64,000 nucleotides of DNA from a virus. Location of the stretch: IMG/VR virus record IMGVR_UViG_3300000956_000002, positions 16,253 through 80,252 of that record; one strand, given 5' to 3'. A program made the translations under genes and the position numbers. This document shows positions 48,023 to 57,399 of this stretch, piece by piece. Numbering within the stretch: position 1 is the first letter of the stretch; each line of letters begins with the position of its first letter. The notes under the pieces were generated by a model. It did no database searches and was not told the origin of the DNA. It worked only from the letters and a program-made list of their open reading frames with translations.

Positions 48023-48928
48023 TTAGTAGGTTTGATCCATGTAGGGCGCGAGGTAATCGAGGAAGTCGATTCGCCGCCGCCAAGCTGCTTCCGGCGTTTC
48101 GTAGAGGTTGTTGCCGTAATCGAGATCGGCCAAGCGACCGAGATTGTTGAGAGCGCCGGTCTCGAATTGCTGATTGGCTTGAATCGGAAGCAGAGAGCGT
48201 TGCGCCAAAGTGTTCAGGATATTCGCGCGCTGGCCGACAGCAGCATTGCGCTGGCCGGTGAGCCACGTGAGATCGTTTCGACCTTGTTGCGCCGCGCGTC
48301 CGGCATTCCCGGCGCCAATGGCGTAAAGCTGTTGGGCGAGGACACGATCGAGATAGGACGAATTACCGCCGCCCGCGCGCGCCGCGTTGTAACTGCGTCG
48401 AGCCTGACCGGCCGCACGTTGGGCTGCGATGTTCGCCGCCGCTTGTTCCTGGCGATTCAATTCCACCAAGCGCGCTTCGATGGAGTCGCCCCCCGTGCCG
48501 TAGATTCGATCAACGCTGGCGACTTCCTGATCGGCTGCGGCCTGCGCCTTTGGTTGGCCACTGAGAACCTGGGCTGCGTAATCCTTGAGACTTTGATTCG
48601 CCGCTGTGGTGTTCGCGGTGTTCGTTTTGAAAGCGGTGGTCAACGCAGATCCGACAGCCGGGGATTTGGGAGTGCTAACCATTGAAGGCTGAACAGAAGC
48701 ACTGCCATTGGCTCGCGCTGACACACCGCCGTTGAAGAGGCTTCCGAGATTGAATCGAGGTGGAGCGGTTGGAGAGAATGTCGGCATCGGCACGGAAGGA
48801 GCGCCGCCAACGCTCAAGCCTGGAATGTAGCGCGAGTTCAATGCGCCAGACGGAGTGAATTGACGCAGGAAATCTACTGCTGGCGATTGGGATTGGTCCA
48901 AATCTGATAAGGCCACGTTCCATCCCAT
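48023..48928 (-). CDS. Probable pilot/ejection protein
   Basis: Start MGWNVA with AGGAG RBS; Ala/Gln/Asn-rich. Confidence 0.55.
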   Translation of the reverse strand: MGWNVALSDLDQSQSPAVDFLRQFTPSGALNSRYIPGLSVGGAPSVPMPTFSPTAPPRFNLGSLFNGGVSARANGSASVQPSMVSTPKSPAVGSALTTAFKTNTANTTAANQSLKDYAAQVLSGQPKAQAAADQEVASVDRIYGTGGDSIEARLVELNRQEQAAANIAAQRAAGQARRSYNAARAGGGNSSYLDRVLAQQLYAIGAGNAGRAAQQGRNDLTWLTGQRNAAVGQRANILNTLAQRSLLPIQANQQFETGALNNLGRLADLDYGNNLYETPEAAWRRRIDFLDYLAPYMDQTY

Positions 48929-49000
48929 ACTCCTACGTGGCTTTTCCGTCAATTCCGGATTTGCTTGACAGGTGTTCCGTATATCGTAAAGTCGAGCCAT

Positions 49001-49102
49001 CAATCGGTCTGGAAGCCGAGAGAGATTCTGAAATTTTTGTTCGCCCGGTGCCGCTCGACGGTGGGCATGCGATCCTCTCGCAGCTTTCCAGCCGGGCGAA
49101 CA
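49001..49102 (+). promoter_or_regulatory. Second copy of the leader RNA, downstream of TTGACA (48965)
   Basis: 19/20 identity to 46032-46051; hairpin TGTTCGCCCGG/CCGGGCGAACA ends 3 nt before the ATG at 49106. Confidence 0.5.
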
Positions 49103-49105
49103 TTT

Positions 49106-49921
49106 ATGAACCCGGAAATCACGCAAGACCTGCTCGACAAACTGATCGAGATGAGACTGCAAAGTGGATTCGACTGGACCAATGTTATCTCCGCAGTCGA
49201 GGGCGGGATTAATTCATTCAAAGAAAAGCAGAGAATGGCAGAAAGAGAATTGGAGCGTCAAAAGTATTTGGTCTCCCTCTTTACGAGAGAAAGAGTCGAG
49301 ACCGACAGCGTGATCAAGCTTGCGACACGTGAGTTTTCGCAACGTTGGATTTACGAGATTCCGATTTTCTATTCCTGGAAGGAGGAGATTTTTTTCATTT
49401 GCTACAATTTAAAGGAGCAATTTTCTCATAAAGAATGCCACTTCGAAGGGATCAGTGGATTGGAGTGTCCTATTCCGGATCGCGATAAAATATACATCGA
49501 CGACATTACTTACTGCGGACAGTGCGACTGTTTTAGTGATAGCAAAGGCGATCCGGTGTTTGACGCGCTTCGAGACTTACCGAGGGACTATGTTGGAGAA
49601 TATACATTTTTCCTCAAAGGAAAGCAGGTTTTTGAAAAGGCAAAAGCAAACGCGTTTCAGTCATTTCGCCCAGAGCATTGCGGGTGCGACTACAACATTG
49701 TTGAACGAAAGTACGAGGGCTTTCTGGAATCCCAATACGAACAAGAGCAGCGCGAAGCCCGCTTTAAGGCGGAGGAGGAATTCGAAAAGATGCGGGCAGA
49801 GCTTGGCGTTCGCGCGGCGAAACGCGCCATGCATGATCGACTTAGGAAATCAGCACCAACGCGTGGCGCAAAGCGGTTCTTTAAAACACGTGCCGCCGTA
49901 TCAGAACTTTCAAAATTATGA
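49106..49921 (+). CDS. Hypothetical protein
   Basis: Start MNPEIT after the leader; Cys clusters. Confidence 0.55.
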   Translation: MNPEITQDLLDKLIEMRLQSGFDWTNVISAVEGGINSFKEKQRMAERELERQKYLVSLFTRERVETDSVIKLATREFSQRWIYEIPIFYSWKEEIFFICYNLKEQFSHKECHFEGISGLECPIPDRDKIYIDDITYCGQCDCFSDSKGDPVFDALRDLPRDYVGEYTFFLKGKQVFEKAKANAFQSFRPEHCGCDYNIVERKYEGFLESQYEQEQREARFKAEEEFEKMRAELGVRAAKRAMHDRLRKSAPTRGAKRFFKTRAAVSELSKL

Positions 49922-50499
49922 CAAACACCACAGTGGAAACAACGGAAGCCGAGATTCGGCTATTCATAGAGTTAGTAAATCGCGGCGTCGATGCGCTCGT
50001 GGAGGCCGGGAAGCTGGTCGCCAAGATGATCGAGAAAGATGAAGGCGTGATCGACCGCATCTGCAAACAGTGTCCATCGATGACACCTGAGATAGTCATC
50101 CGATTCGAACAAGTTGGACTCCGGAAGCTGCACCCGAACCTACTGGTATTCGACGGACACGGCCCGGAGGCTCTGGCGCGGCTGCCGTATGAACTTCAGG
50201 ATAAATATTCAAAGGAGCCAGTGCCGCTTTTGATTCAAACTGCAAACGGTCATTGGGATATCCTCAAGACGGATGTTCGGAACCTCACGCGAACACAGGC
50301 AATGCAGGTGTTCTATCGCGATGGGGTTCGAAGTGAAGCTGCCCAGCGATCCTGGATTGAAAGCCGGGCGCTGAAGCAAATCGCGCCATCCACGAAAAGC
50401 AACCTGCCTTATAAAACGAGCGGCAAGAGCCTTATTGTACTGGAGCCTTGTACGCTGACCGCTAAAGAGATCGCTGGGATTCTGGCGCAGATGTCTTGA
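49918..50499 (+). CDS. Hypothetical phage protein
   Basis: ATGA-coupled, 193 aa. Confidence 0.6.
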   Translation: MTNTTVETTEAEIRLFIELVNRGVDALVEAGKLVAKMIEKDEGVIDRICKQCPSMTPEIVIRFEQVGLRKLHPNLLVFDGHGPEALARLPYELQDKYSKEPVPLLIQTANGHWDILKTDVRNLTRTQAMQVFYRDGVRSEAAQRSWIESRALKQIAPSTKSNLPYKTSGKSLIVLEPCTLTAKEIAGILAQMS

Positions 50500-50521
50500 C
50501 CCAAGCGCTACCATCGCAAAA

Positions 50522-50743
50522 ATGAAAACCCCAGACGACAATCCGGCGGATAAAAAGTTTGAAGTGCTCTGGAATGCGCTTTCTCCATCGAACAAAGCCG
50601 TAGTTTGTTCTATTATGGAGCAAATGAATCAAGCGAGACAGCCAGCGGAAAAGCATCCTCCAATTTCGAAAGAGGAGCGGGATAAAAAACGAAAGATCAT
50701 CGCTGAATATTTCGGCCTTGATCCATCTGATTTGGCTATATGA
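50522..50743 (+). CDS. Small hypothetical protein
   Basis: Member of a coupled operon. Confidence 0.45.
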   Translation: MKTPDDNPADKKFEVLWNALSPSNKAVVCSIMEQMNQARQPAEKHPPISKEERDKKRKIIAEYFGLDPSDLAI

Positions 50744-51072
50744 CCCGTCGAAACTTCGTCCTGAAACTGCTGTGCCTGCCGGTTGCGGCGAAGGTGGCTC
50801 CTGCGCTTGTTCCGAAGGCGAGACCGTCCTACGATTGGCAGAAGCACGCTTACAAGTGCATGCTGGAATTTCAAATGACGATGCTGAAGGCGGAGCGAAG
50901 TAAGTGGATTCTCGAAATGGACACTTGTTCAGTGATGGGCGACATGCCTGGATTTCGCAGGGCCGCACGCAATTTGACCAAGATTGAATCGCATCTGAAA
51001 AAATGCGTGGTTCAGCAATTCAAAGCCGACGAGATGCACCAAAGGTTGGTCGCCAAATTGAACGCTTTATGA
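50740..51072 (+). CDS. Hypothetical protein with Tat-like N-terminus
   Basis: MTRRNFVLKLLCLPVAA. Confidence 0.45.
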   Translation: MTRRNFVLKLLCLPVAAKVAPALVPKARPSYDWQKHAYKCMLEFQMTMLKAERSKWILEMDTCSVMGDMPGFRRAARNLTKIESHLKKCVVQQFKADEMHQRLVAKLNAL

Positions 51073-51239
51073 CCGAAAACGAAATGTGGCGCGATACGAT
51101 TGAAAAACAGAAAGAATCGATTCGTTTAATGGAAGCAAGCAATCGCAGGCTTCAGCAGGCTAATATGATTAGCGCCATCGCACTCTCCATATCAATGGCG
51201 GCCATTGCAATTAACATTTACGTGAGGTTTTTCCTATGA
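51069..51239 (+). CDS. Small C-terminal TM protein
   Basis: ATGA-coupled; hydrophobic C-terminus. Confidence 0.45.
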   Translation: MTENEMWRDTIEKQKESIRLMEASNRRLQQANMISAIALSISMAAIAINIYVRFFL

Positions 51240-51445
51240 CCGATGCAGAACGAAACGAATTGGTGGAGAAGTTATCGGACCTTTGTGCTAAGAATTTTCC
51301 TGATGAAGGCAAACCGATAGATTTCAAGGAGGTGTCATCCGATTGGGTCCAGTCCATCGAATCCCTCGGCTATGAGATCGTGAAGAAAATAAAACCCGGC
51401 GATACGGTGACGCTATCGACTGGCGACGATTTGATTGTTCGTTAA
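51236..51445 (+). CDS. Small hypothetical protein
   Basis: ATGA-coupled. Confidence 0.45.
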   Translation: MTDAERNELVEKLSDLCAKNFPDEGKPIDFKEVSSDWVQSIESLGYEIVKKIKPGDTVTLSTGDDLIVR

Positions 51446-51630
51446 CTCGCCCGGCTCGAAGTCTTTTTGAAGAACTCGTCGCACTCGCGCTGGTATTGAT
51501 CCAGCGCTTCCTTGTCCTCTGGATGGCGATCGTAAAGACACTTCGGCAGTTTCGGCCACGGCGGAATGGGTCGCTGGCCTGTGCCGCCGGATGGAATTCT
51601 CGCGAGCTTTTCTGCTTTTGTGAGCGCCAT
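51442..51630 (-). CDS. Small hypothetical protein
   Basis: 62-aa ORF ending the minus-strand operon. Confidence 0.45.
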   Translation of the reverse strand: MALTKAEKLARIPSGGTGQRPIPPWPKLPKCLYDRHPEDKEALDQYQRECDEFFKKTSSRAS

Positions 51631-51951
51631 TATTTATAAGCCTTGTCGGACGTTGAGATCCGTTTCACACCGATCATCTTGAAGATGTCGGCGCCGATGA
51701 TCCAGATGAGGTTGTAGAGCGCCGTCTTGGTGCCGTGCTCTTTTTGTTCTTTCTCGAACCATTTTACTGTTTGATTTGTCAGTTTCATAAATCTCTAATT
51801 CGGCGTGATCGTTCGCGCCCTTCGTCGGTATGCTTCCACGCCACTTCAAGTTCACGGCGAAGATCCTCAACCATTTTGCGCTCCTGCTGTAACTGGCGAT
51901 CAAGATGCGGACGGTCAGATGATTCTTCGTCGAATGTTAGTGGCTCGGGTT

Positions 51952-52389
51952 TCATCGTCTCTGCCTCATCTCGGCGTAGCTCAGGTTGGTTCCACCTGGT
52001 AGCGGCATTCCAGCCATACCTGGAGGCGCTGGCGGTAACGTCGGAAAACGTTCGGCCTTCAAAACGACTGGCGTGGGAATTGGCCGGCGAATCACAAACT
52101 TGACCTGCGCCACTTCACTCGTTGACCCTGCGCACAGCGTTCGAATCCTGAAGATATTCGTGCCGGTCGGAATCATCGAAAGGTCGTTGAGATAGAGCGC
52201 GGCGTTCGTCGTGCTGAAAAATCCACTCTGACGTTCTTTGTCTGAATTCTTGGTTCGGACTTCGATCAACGCGGTGTCGTGTTCGTGGCACTTGTGAATC
52301 TCGATGCCTTCGCGGTCGGTCACGATTCCGATGTCCTCGATTTCGGCGGCGATCAAAGCCAACGGGAATAGAATGAGAAAGCGCTTCAT
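51952..52389 (-). CDS. Signal-peptide-bearing hypothetical protein
   Basis: MKRFLILFPLALIAA. Confidence 0.55.
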   Translation of the reverse strand: MKRFLILFPLALIAAEIEDIGIVTDREGIEIHKCHEHDTALIEVRTKNSDKERQSGFFSTTNAALYLNDLSMIPTGTNIFRIRTLCAGSTSEVAQVKFVIRRPIPTPVVLKAERFPTLPPAPPGMAGMPLPGGTNLSYAEMRQRR

Positions 52390-52568
52390 GTTTCAGGTGG
52401 ATCGTTCGGGCAATCCTGATGGAGTTTAATGACCGCTCCTTTACAGACTTCCAGCGCACCGACGAGTTCGTAAACAGTCAATTCGCTCTCCTGAGAGTAG
52501 CGATAGATCACGGCCATCAATTCGTTTTTGAACTTCGTTGCAGTGCTGTCGTTGGGATTGAGATTCAT
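52386..52568 (-). CDS. Small hypothetical protein
   Basis: Coupled to the next gene. Confidence 0.45.
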   Translation of the reverse strand: MNLNPNDSTATKFKNELMAVIYRYSQESELTVYELVGALEVCKGAVIKLHQDCPNDPPET

Positions 52569-52627
52569 GGATTCGCTTTGCGCCTCATCCGGTTCCTTTT
52601 GGGTCCCAGCCTTGCGCGCGTTGCTGA

Positions 52628-52900
52628 TTATGTTTGCGTCGGTTTTTGGATTGGCGTCAGTTCTTCGTCAGTGAACTTCCAGTAGTTACCGTGCGCTTGT
52701 GGCAACTGCGCCTTGTGCGAGCAAGACGTGTGGCGTTTGATTTGGCGACCGTAGCAATCGGTCTCCTTTTCATCGTCACTAACAATGACCACGTTGATGC
52801 AGGTTGGCCCCCACACCGCCGTAACCAATGCGTTCGACGGAACGCCAACCGGATTCACGTAGTGAACCAACTCTCCGACTTTCACTGTTTTCTGATCCAT
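52628..52900 (-). CDS. Conserved small phage protein
   Basis: VGELVHYV..ALVTAVW..INVVIV. Confidence 0.55.
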   Translation of the reverse strand: MDQKTVKVGELVHYVNPVGVPSNALVTAVWGPTCINVVIVSDDEKETDCYGRQIKRHTSCSHKAQLPQAHGNYWKFTDEELTPIQKPTQT

Positions 52901-52949
52901 GTTTCTCTTTCTTTCCCGGTCGGTTCATCCGACTGGAAAGCCGTTAAAA

Positions 52950-54920
52950 TCAATAGCGTCTCGTTACCGCCGTCATATCCATCACAAACTTCGAGAAGCA
53001 TGCCGCGGCGCCAACATTTTCCGGCGTGCTTTCGTCATTCCCGATGGTCAATTCGTAAAACAGGTTCCGACCTTGCGCGAAGATCGGCCATTCGAACGGT
53101 TCATCAGGCCGCGTGTTGGCCGCCGCATGCGCCGCTTGGCTGGCGCTCGGGCATTCGAGTGGAATCTTCCCTTGGTCAAACCACACGATGCCGCAATCCT
53201 GATTTGGATCGACCGGCTGTTCGGCGACTCCGATGCGCAACTGCATGTAGCCCGGCGTGACACTCTCGACCGGCGTGGCATCGACCTGAAATCGTTCGAG
53301 ACGTTTCTCGTCATCAACATCGCGGAAGGCCATGGGGCCACTGCGTAGGACCGTGAGGTAGCCTTCCGTCGCGTATGTTCCGCAGACGCCGAACGTCAGT
53401 GCCTTCTCGCGGTAATAGACATCAGCCGATTGTTTGAGCGCGTAGTCCTCAGCCGACGCCATGACGAACAGCCGATTGGAATTGCACTGATCACGCTGGC
53501 TTTCTTCAACACAAAGATCGGCCAGGCTGATTCCTGCCAGTCGAGAACAGAGAGAATTTTCACTTGGCTCCTCGGCATTGAAGTCCTCCATCACGATGTC
53601 ATCTTCGAGTTCGATGGTTTCCGTCGTGTAGAAGGCGTCAGGTTGAGTTTCGCAATCGACATCCAAATCCGGTTCCTCGCAGTAACCGCCTTCGTGCGCG
53701 AACTGGTCAGGAAAGAATTCGTCCAGTTGTTCGGGCGTGCATACGCAAACCTGCTGGAGCCAATCGCGCAGCACTGTGACGTTCGTTCGCGGCTGGAATT
53801 GAGCAAAGGCCGTGAACCCGTGATCGACGATGGACGCGAAGGAAAACTTGGTTGAGAACCGGATCGACCGTTCGTAGGCGCCGGCGGCATTCTTGTTCGG
53901 CCACGAGATCCAGCCGAACTCTTCCCCGGAATCAAACCCAGCGACCGGTCCAGCGCAATTCTCGGGGTCCAACTCGTCGAACATCGTGATGCTCGCCTTG
54001 TCGATCCAATCGACAATCTTCGGCTCGGGCGTAAACAGTGAGTATTCGAGAACCGCCGTTTGCGAGCAGAAGAAATGGCTCTCGCCGATCGATACCAGCG
54101 TTCGAGGGTAGGCCATGACTCGATTCTGTGTCGGCGCAGCGTATCGTTTACTGATCGAGAACGGGTCCTCTTCGTCGCCGGTGTAGCGGATTTGCCAAAT
54201 GCTGCGCGTGGTGTAAACGATTAGCACGTCGGCCAATTCTTCAGCGGCCAGAATAGATTCGCCGGCGCCCAGGTTCTTTCGATTAGCCAGCGATTCTTCG
54301 CTCGGGTTCACCGATAACGCGTTCTCGAAATCACTCCACATGATGCCGTCGCTAACACTGAATCCGTTCTCAACGAAGTTCATGTAGAACACGAAGCCGC
54401 GGAAATGTTTGACGACTCCAACCTTTGAAATCCCCAGCGTCACAAGGTCTGGAACGGATTGCAACTCGGGTTCGCTGTCGAAAATCCAATATTGCACTTC
54501 GTCGTGGTCGTTAGTGAAAACCACCGTGTCGCGCGTTTGTGCCGCTTGTTTGAATCCACCGTAGCCACTGTCTCCAACGCTCGACAGCACACGCCAATTG
54601 CCAGTGCCGACGTTCAGTTGATACAGGGCGTCCTCGGTGCCGGCGAACAGCATCGACGTGCGCAGTGTGGATTCGCCTTCGAATAAAAACGTGATCGGCT
54701 TGCGGGCGGCGTTTTCGGTCAGCGAAAGGAGATGGTCGTGAAGATCGTGGTTGTTTGTCGTTTCGAGGAGACGCGTCCAGCCGCCCATTCTGCAAGGCTT
54801 GCCCTTGTTTTTGATCGTCCAGTTCAGCCTGTAACGTGCCCCGCCTTGCGGCACGTCCTCTGGCTCAGAACGCAAGTCAAGCGCTTGATCGATCGGCTTG
54901 ATGACGTATGACTTTGCCAT
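52950..54920 (-). CDS. Probable tail nozzle/DNA-stabilisation protein (P22 gp10-like beta-propeller)
   Basis: Start MAKSYV; LFAGT, VVFTN, IMWSD, LIVYT propeller-like strands; Cys-rich insert. Confidence 0.6.
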   Translation of the reverse strand: MAKSYVIKPIDQALDLRSEPEDVPQGGARYRLNWTIKNKGKPCRMGGWTRLLETTNNHDLHDHLLSLTENAARKPITFLFEGESTLRTSMLFAGTEDALYQLNVGTGNWRVLSSVGDSGYGGFKQAAQTRDTVVFTNDHDEVQYWIFDSEPELQSVPDLVTLGISKVGVVKHFRGFVFYMNFVENGFSVSDGIMWSDFENALSVNPSEESLANRKNLGAGESILAAEELADVLIVYTTRSIWQIRYTGDEEDPFSISKRYAAPTQNRVMAYPRTLVSIGESHFFCSQTAVLEYSLFTPEPKIVDWIDKASITMFDELDPENCAGPVAGFDSGEEFGWISWPNKNAAGAYERSIRFSTKFSFASIVDHGFTAFAQFQPRTNVTVLRDWLQQVCVCTPEQLDEFFPDQFAHEGGYCEEPDLDVDCETQPDAFYTTETIELEDDIVMEDFNAEEPSENSLCSRLAGISLADLCVEESQRDQCNSNRLFVMASAEDYALKQSADVYYREKALTFGVCGTYATEGYLTVLRSGPMAFRDVDDEKRLERFQVDATPVESVTPGYMQLRIGVAEQPVDPNQDCGIVWFDQGKIPLECPSASQAAHAAANTRPDEPFEWPIFAQGRNLFYELTIGNDESTPENVGAAACFSKFVMDMTAVTRRY

Positions 54921-54921
54921 G

Positions 54922-56454
54922 TTACGTTCCAAACGTGAGATACGCGGCGCCCGCCAAACCCTTGCCGCCAATCGCGATCGTCGGGTTATAGGAAATCGCC
55001 TTCGCGCCAGAGCCAACAAATCCATCGCCGTTGTAACTGCCTTCCGGGTCAGCCTGGGGAAGTCGTCGGCCGCCAAACGCGTATCCAGATTGACCGCCGT
55101 TCGCGCCAGATGCCGCCTGCCCATCAGTGCCGTCGTAAACAACTGGCGATCCGAAATAACCGACGGCGTTTCCACCGCTGCCACCAGCGCCGCCGCCGCT
55201 CGGGCTGTATGATCCGCCGCCGCCAGAATCTGCCGTGGCCTGTAGAACGGCGTTCACATAGAGATTGATTGGCTCGCAATCGCTGCCAGGGGATTCTTGC
55301 GCAGCATTTCCGGAGTCGGCTTGAGAAAGCGTATCGATTGTGATCGCGTCGCCTTCAGCAACGGTGAGCGCGATTCTAACGGTTCCACCGCCACCGCCGC
55401 CACCGCCACCATAGACAGAACCGCCACCAGCCCCGCCGCCGCCGCCGCCACGAATCACCGCCCACATCTTTGTTATGCCGGCAGGCACGACGTAAGAGTC
55501 GGCAGAGAAGTCGAGAATTTCGGTGGTTTGGTTGTAAATCGATGGCGGCAATACCCGGCCCAACGACGAATTACTCTCGTCACTTTCTGCCGGCGGAGAA
55601 TCACCTTTCGCTACGACCCAATAATAATAATCCTGAGCATTGCTTGGCGGCGTGTCGTAAAGCGTGATCCTTTCGCCGTTGTCCCAACACTCTGGATTGC
55701 CGGTGTCGTGACTAAGGCTGATTTCTTCTGGCACAACGTTTGAATAAATCTTGGTCGCGCTGGCGAACACGTTTGTCGTGCCGCGGTAGATGTCAAATTT
55801 CGTGGCCCCTGACGGCGGAGTCCAATCCAAGGCGATCGCCGAAGTGATTCCACCGAAGCCGTATGTCGTTCGCAAATCCGAGATAGCGCCCAGTTCGCCG
55901 ATTGGGACAGTTGAATTTCCAGAATCGAATTGGCTAAACGCGCTGAAATTCACATTGTCGTCGCTATAAGCGCGAATCCAATAATTGTAAAAAACGCCAC
56001 CAGTCACATCGTAGTCGTCGTACGAAGTCGTCGGCGCTGTGACCGTTGCAATAAGCTCCGCGAGATTCGGGTTCGTGTTGGTGTTGAGAGAGCGGTAGAT
56101 TCGGTATGAGCCGAGCGTGACTTCTCCTGATGCAACCGACGCTGGCCACTGAATGTTCACGTGATCACTGTAAGCGCCGTCGGTCGCAACCGGTTTGCCA
56201 GGTGTTGAAAGATTCGGATTTGTTGTTCCGCCTCCATTACCGCCACCGCCGCCGACGCAGCCAATCGCAGCCAACGCTTCGCAAATATCATCTGCCAATT
56301 CATCCGACGGAAGCCCCGCCTCATTATATTTGTAAGAATGCTCCTGCGATTTGAGGCTGACTGACTGGAACAAATTGGACATGCGCTCGCACATCCCGCC
56401 AGTCAATGAGTTGATCATGGCTTTCCAAATGCTGGGCGGAACTGGAGATGGCAT
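54922..56454 (-). CDS. Tail fibre-like protein (fibronectin-III-like repeats plus Gly-rich domain)
   Basis: YRIYRS..YNYWIRAY and FDIYRG..YYYWVVAK; GGGGGG-rich C-terminus. Confidence 0.7.
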   Translation of the reverse strand: MPSPVPPSIWKAMINSLTGGMCERMSNLFQSVSLKSQEHSYKYNEAGLPSDELADDICEALAAIGCVGGGGGNGGGTTNPNLSTPGKPVATDGAYSDHVNIQWPASVASGEVTLGSYRIYRSLNTNTNPNLAELIATVTAPTTSYDDYDVTGGVFYNYWIRAYSDDNVNFSAFSQFDSGNSTVPIGELGAISDLRTTYGFGGITSAIALDWTPPSGATKFDIYRGTTNVFASATKIYSNVVPEEISLSHDTGNPECWDNGERITLYDTPPSNAQDYYYWVVAKGDSPPAESDESNSSLGRVLPPSIYNQTTEILDFSADSYVVPAGITKMWAVIRGGGGGGAGGGSVYGGGGGGGGGTVRIALTVAEGDAITIDTLSQADSGNAAQESPGSDCEPINLYVNAVLQATADSGGGGSYSPSGGGAGGSGGNAVGYFGSPVVYDGTDGQAASGANGGQSGYAFGGRRLPQADPEGSYNGDGFVGSGAKAISYNPTIAIGGKGLAGAAYLTFGT

Positions 56455-56463
56455 CGTTTGTCC

Positions 56464-56670
56464 TTATTCTGTTGGAATGTCCGGGCAGTTGAGCTTGGCG
56501 CACAAATCGATGGCGAACTGATCGCCGAGTGTCCCGTCCTCGTTCGTTTCGTAGCGCAAAATGAGGTAGTCGTAATAGAGTGATTTCAAATACTTTCGGA
56601 AGGCCACGCAAAACGTGTCGCTTGGGCTGATTACCAGCGCTGCATATTGCGACGGCGTGATCGGACACAT
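56464..56670 (-). CDS. Small paralogue of the fibre N-terminal domain
   Basis: Shared PxxPS..C..Y..NExG..AxD[LI]CxxL..C pattern. Confidence 0.6.
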   Translation of the reverse strand: MCPITPSQYAALVISPSDTFCVAFRKYLKSLYYDYLILRYETNEDGTLGDQFAIDLCAKLNCPDIPTE

Positions 56671-56724
56671 AACTGCCTTATCCGTCAGATTTCCGTAAAA
56701 GACAAGTCGAAACGGATTACGGAA

Positions 56725-57399
56725 TCAACCGAGAACCCTCACCGTCCGCGTCGGGCTGGACTTCCGATTTTCGTAAACACGCTTATTGCGCAGGAACTCG
56801 GCATCGAACTCGGCATCAGGCCGATTACGCTTCGGATGGTGCCAGAGATGGATCGCCGCGGCGCTGCTGTTCACAATTTTGTAGCCGTGCGGTTCGAGCA
56901 CATTGAAAACGAAGTCGTAATCTTCCCATCCATAACCGACGAATCCCTCGCAGGATTGACACCAGTCCTGCATGAATACCTTTCGGCTGAACACCCAAAA
57001 CGATCCCCATGATACGCGCTCAGGATCGTTCAGCGCTTCGTCGGTGATAACCTCGCCCTGCTTCTGGAAAAAAATTCGCAGGCGTTCGAAATCCTCTATA
57101 GGTGCGCCCGGCTTGAATCCCAGGAACACCGTGTCCGAATCGAGCATCACCAGGTAATCACAGTCAGACTTTCGGGCGGCTGCAATGCAATGGTTGCGCG
57201 CACGCGAATACGCGTAACCGCCGGCGCCAGTCAATGCCGGGTCCACGATAGTCGGAATCCCAAGCCCCATAATTTCGCGGTCGGTGACGATCAGGCGTTC
57301 ATGGATTGGATCAATGGGAAATCGCTTCTGCATTTCGAGCGATGCGTTGAGGCAAGGCCGGCAGGATTCGGATGTAATAAATGCGAGGAGAGCTTTCAT
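56725..57399 (-). CDS. GT-A (GT2/GT7-like) glycosyltransferase
   Basis: SRARN; MLDSD; GYGWEDYDF; HLWH. Confidence 0.8.
   Translation of the reverse strand: MKALLAFITSESCRPCLNASLEMQKRFPIDPIHERLIVTDREIMGLGIPTIVDPALTGAGGYAYSRARNHCIAAARKSDCDYLVMLDSDTVFLGFKPGAPIEDFERLRIFFQKQGEVITDEALNDPERVSWGSFWVFSRKVFMQDWCQSCEGFVGYGWEDYDFVFNVLEPHGYKIVNSSAAAIHLWHHPKRNRPDAEFDAEFLRNKRVYENRKSSPTRTVRVLG

Noticed and set aside
54921-55184. N-terminal extension of the nozzle ORF
   Set aside because: Overlaps the Gly-rich fibre gene; the ATG at 54920 directly follows the fibre stop.
55370-55450. GCC/ACC-rich repeat
   Set aside because: Simply encodes the poly-Gly tract of the fibre protein.
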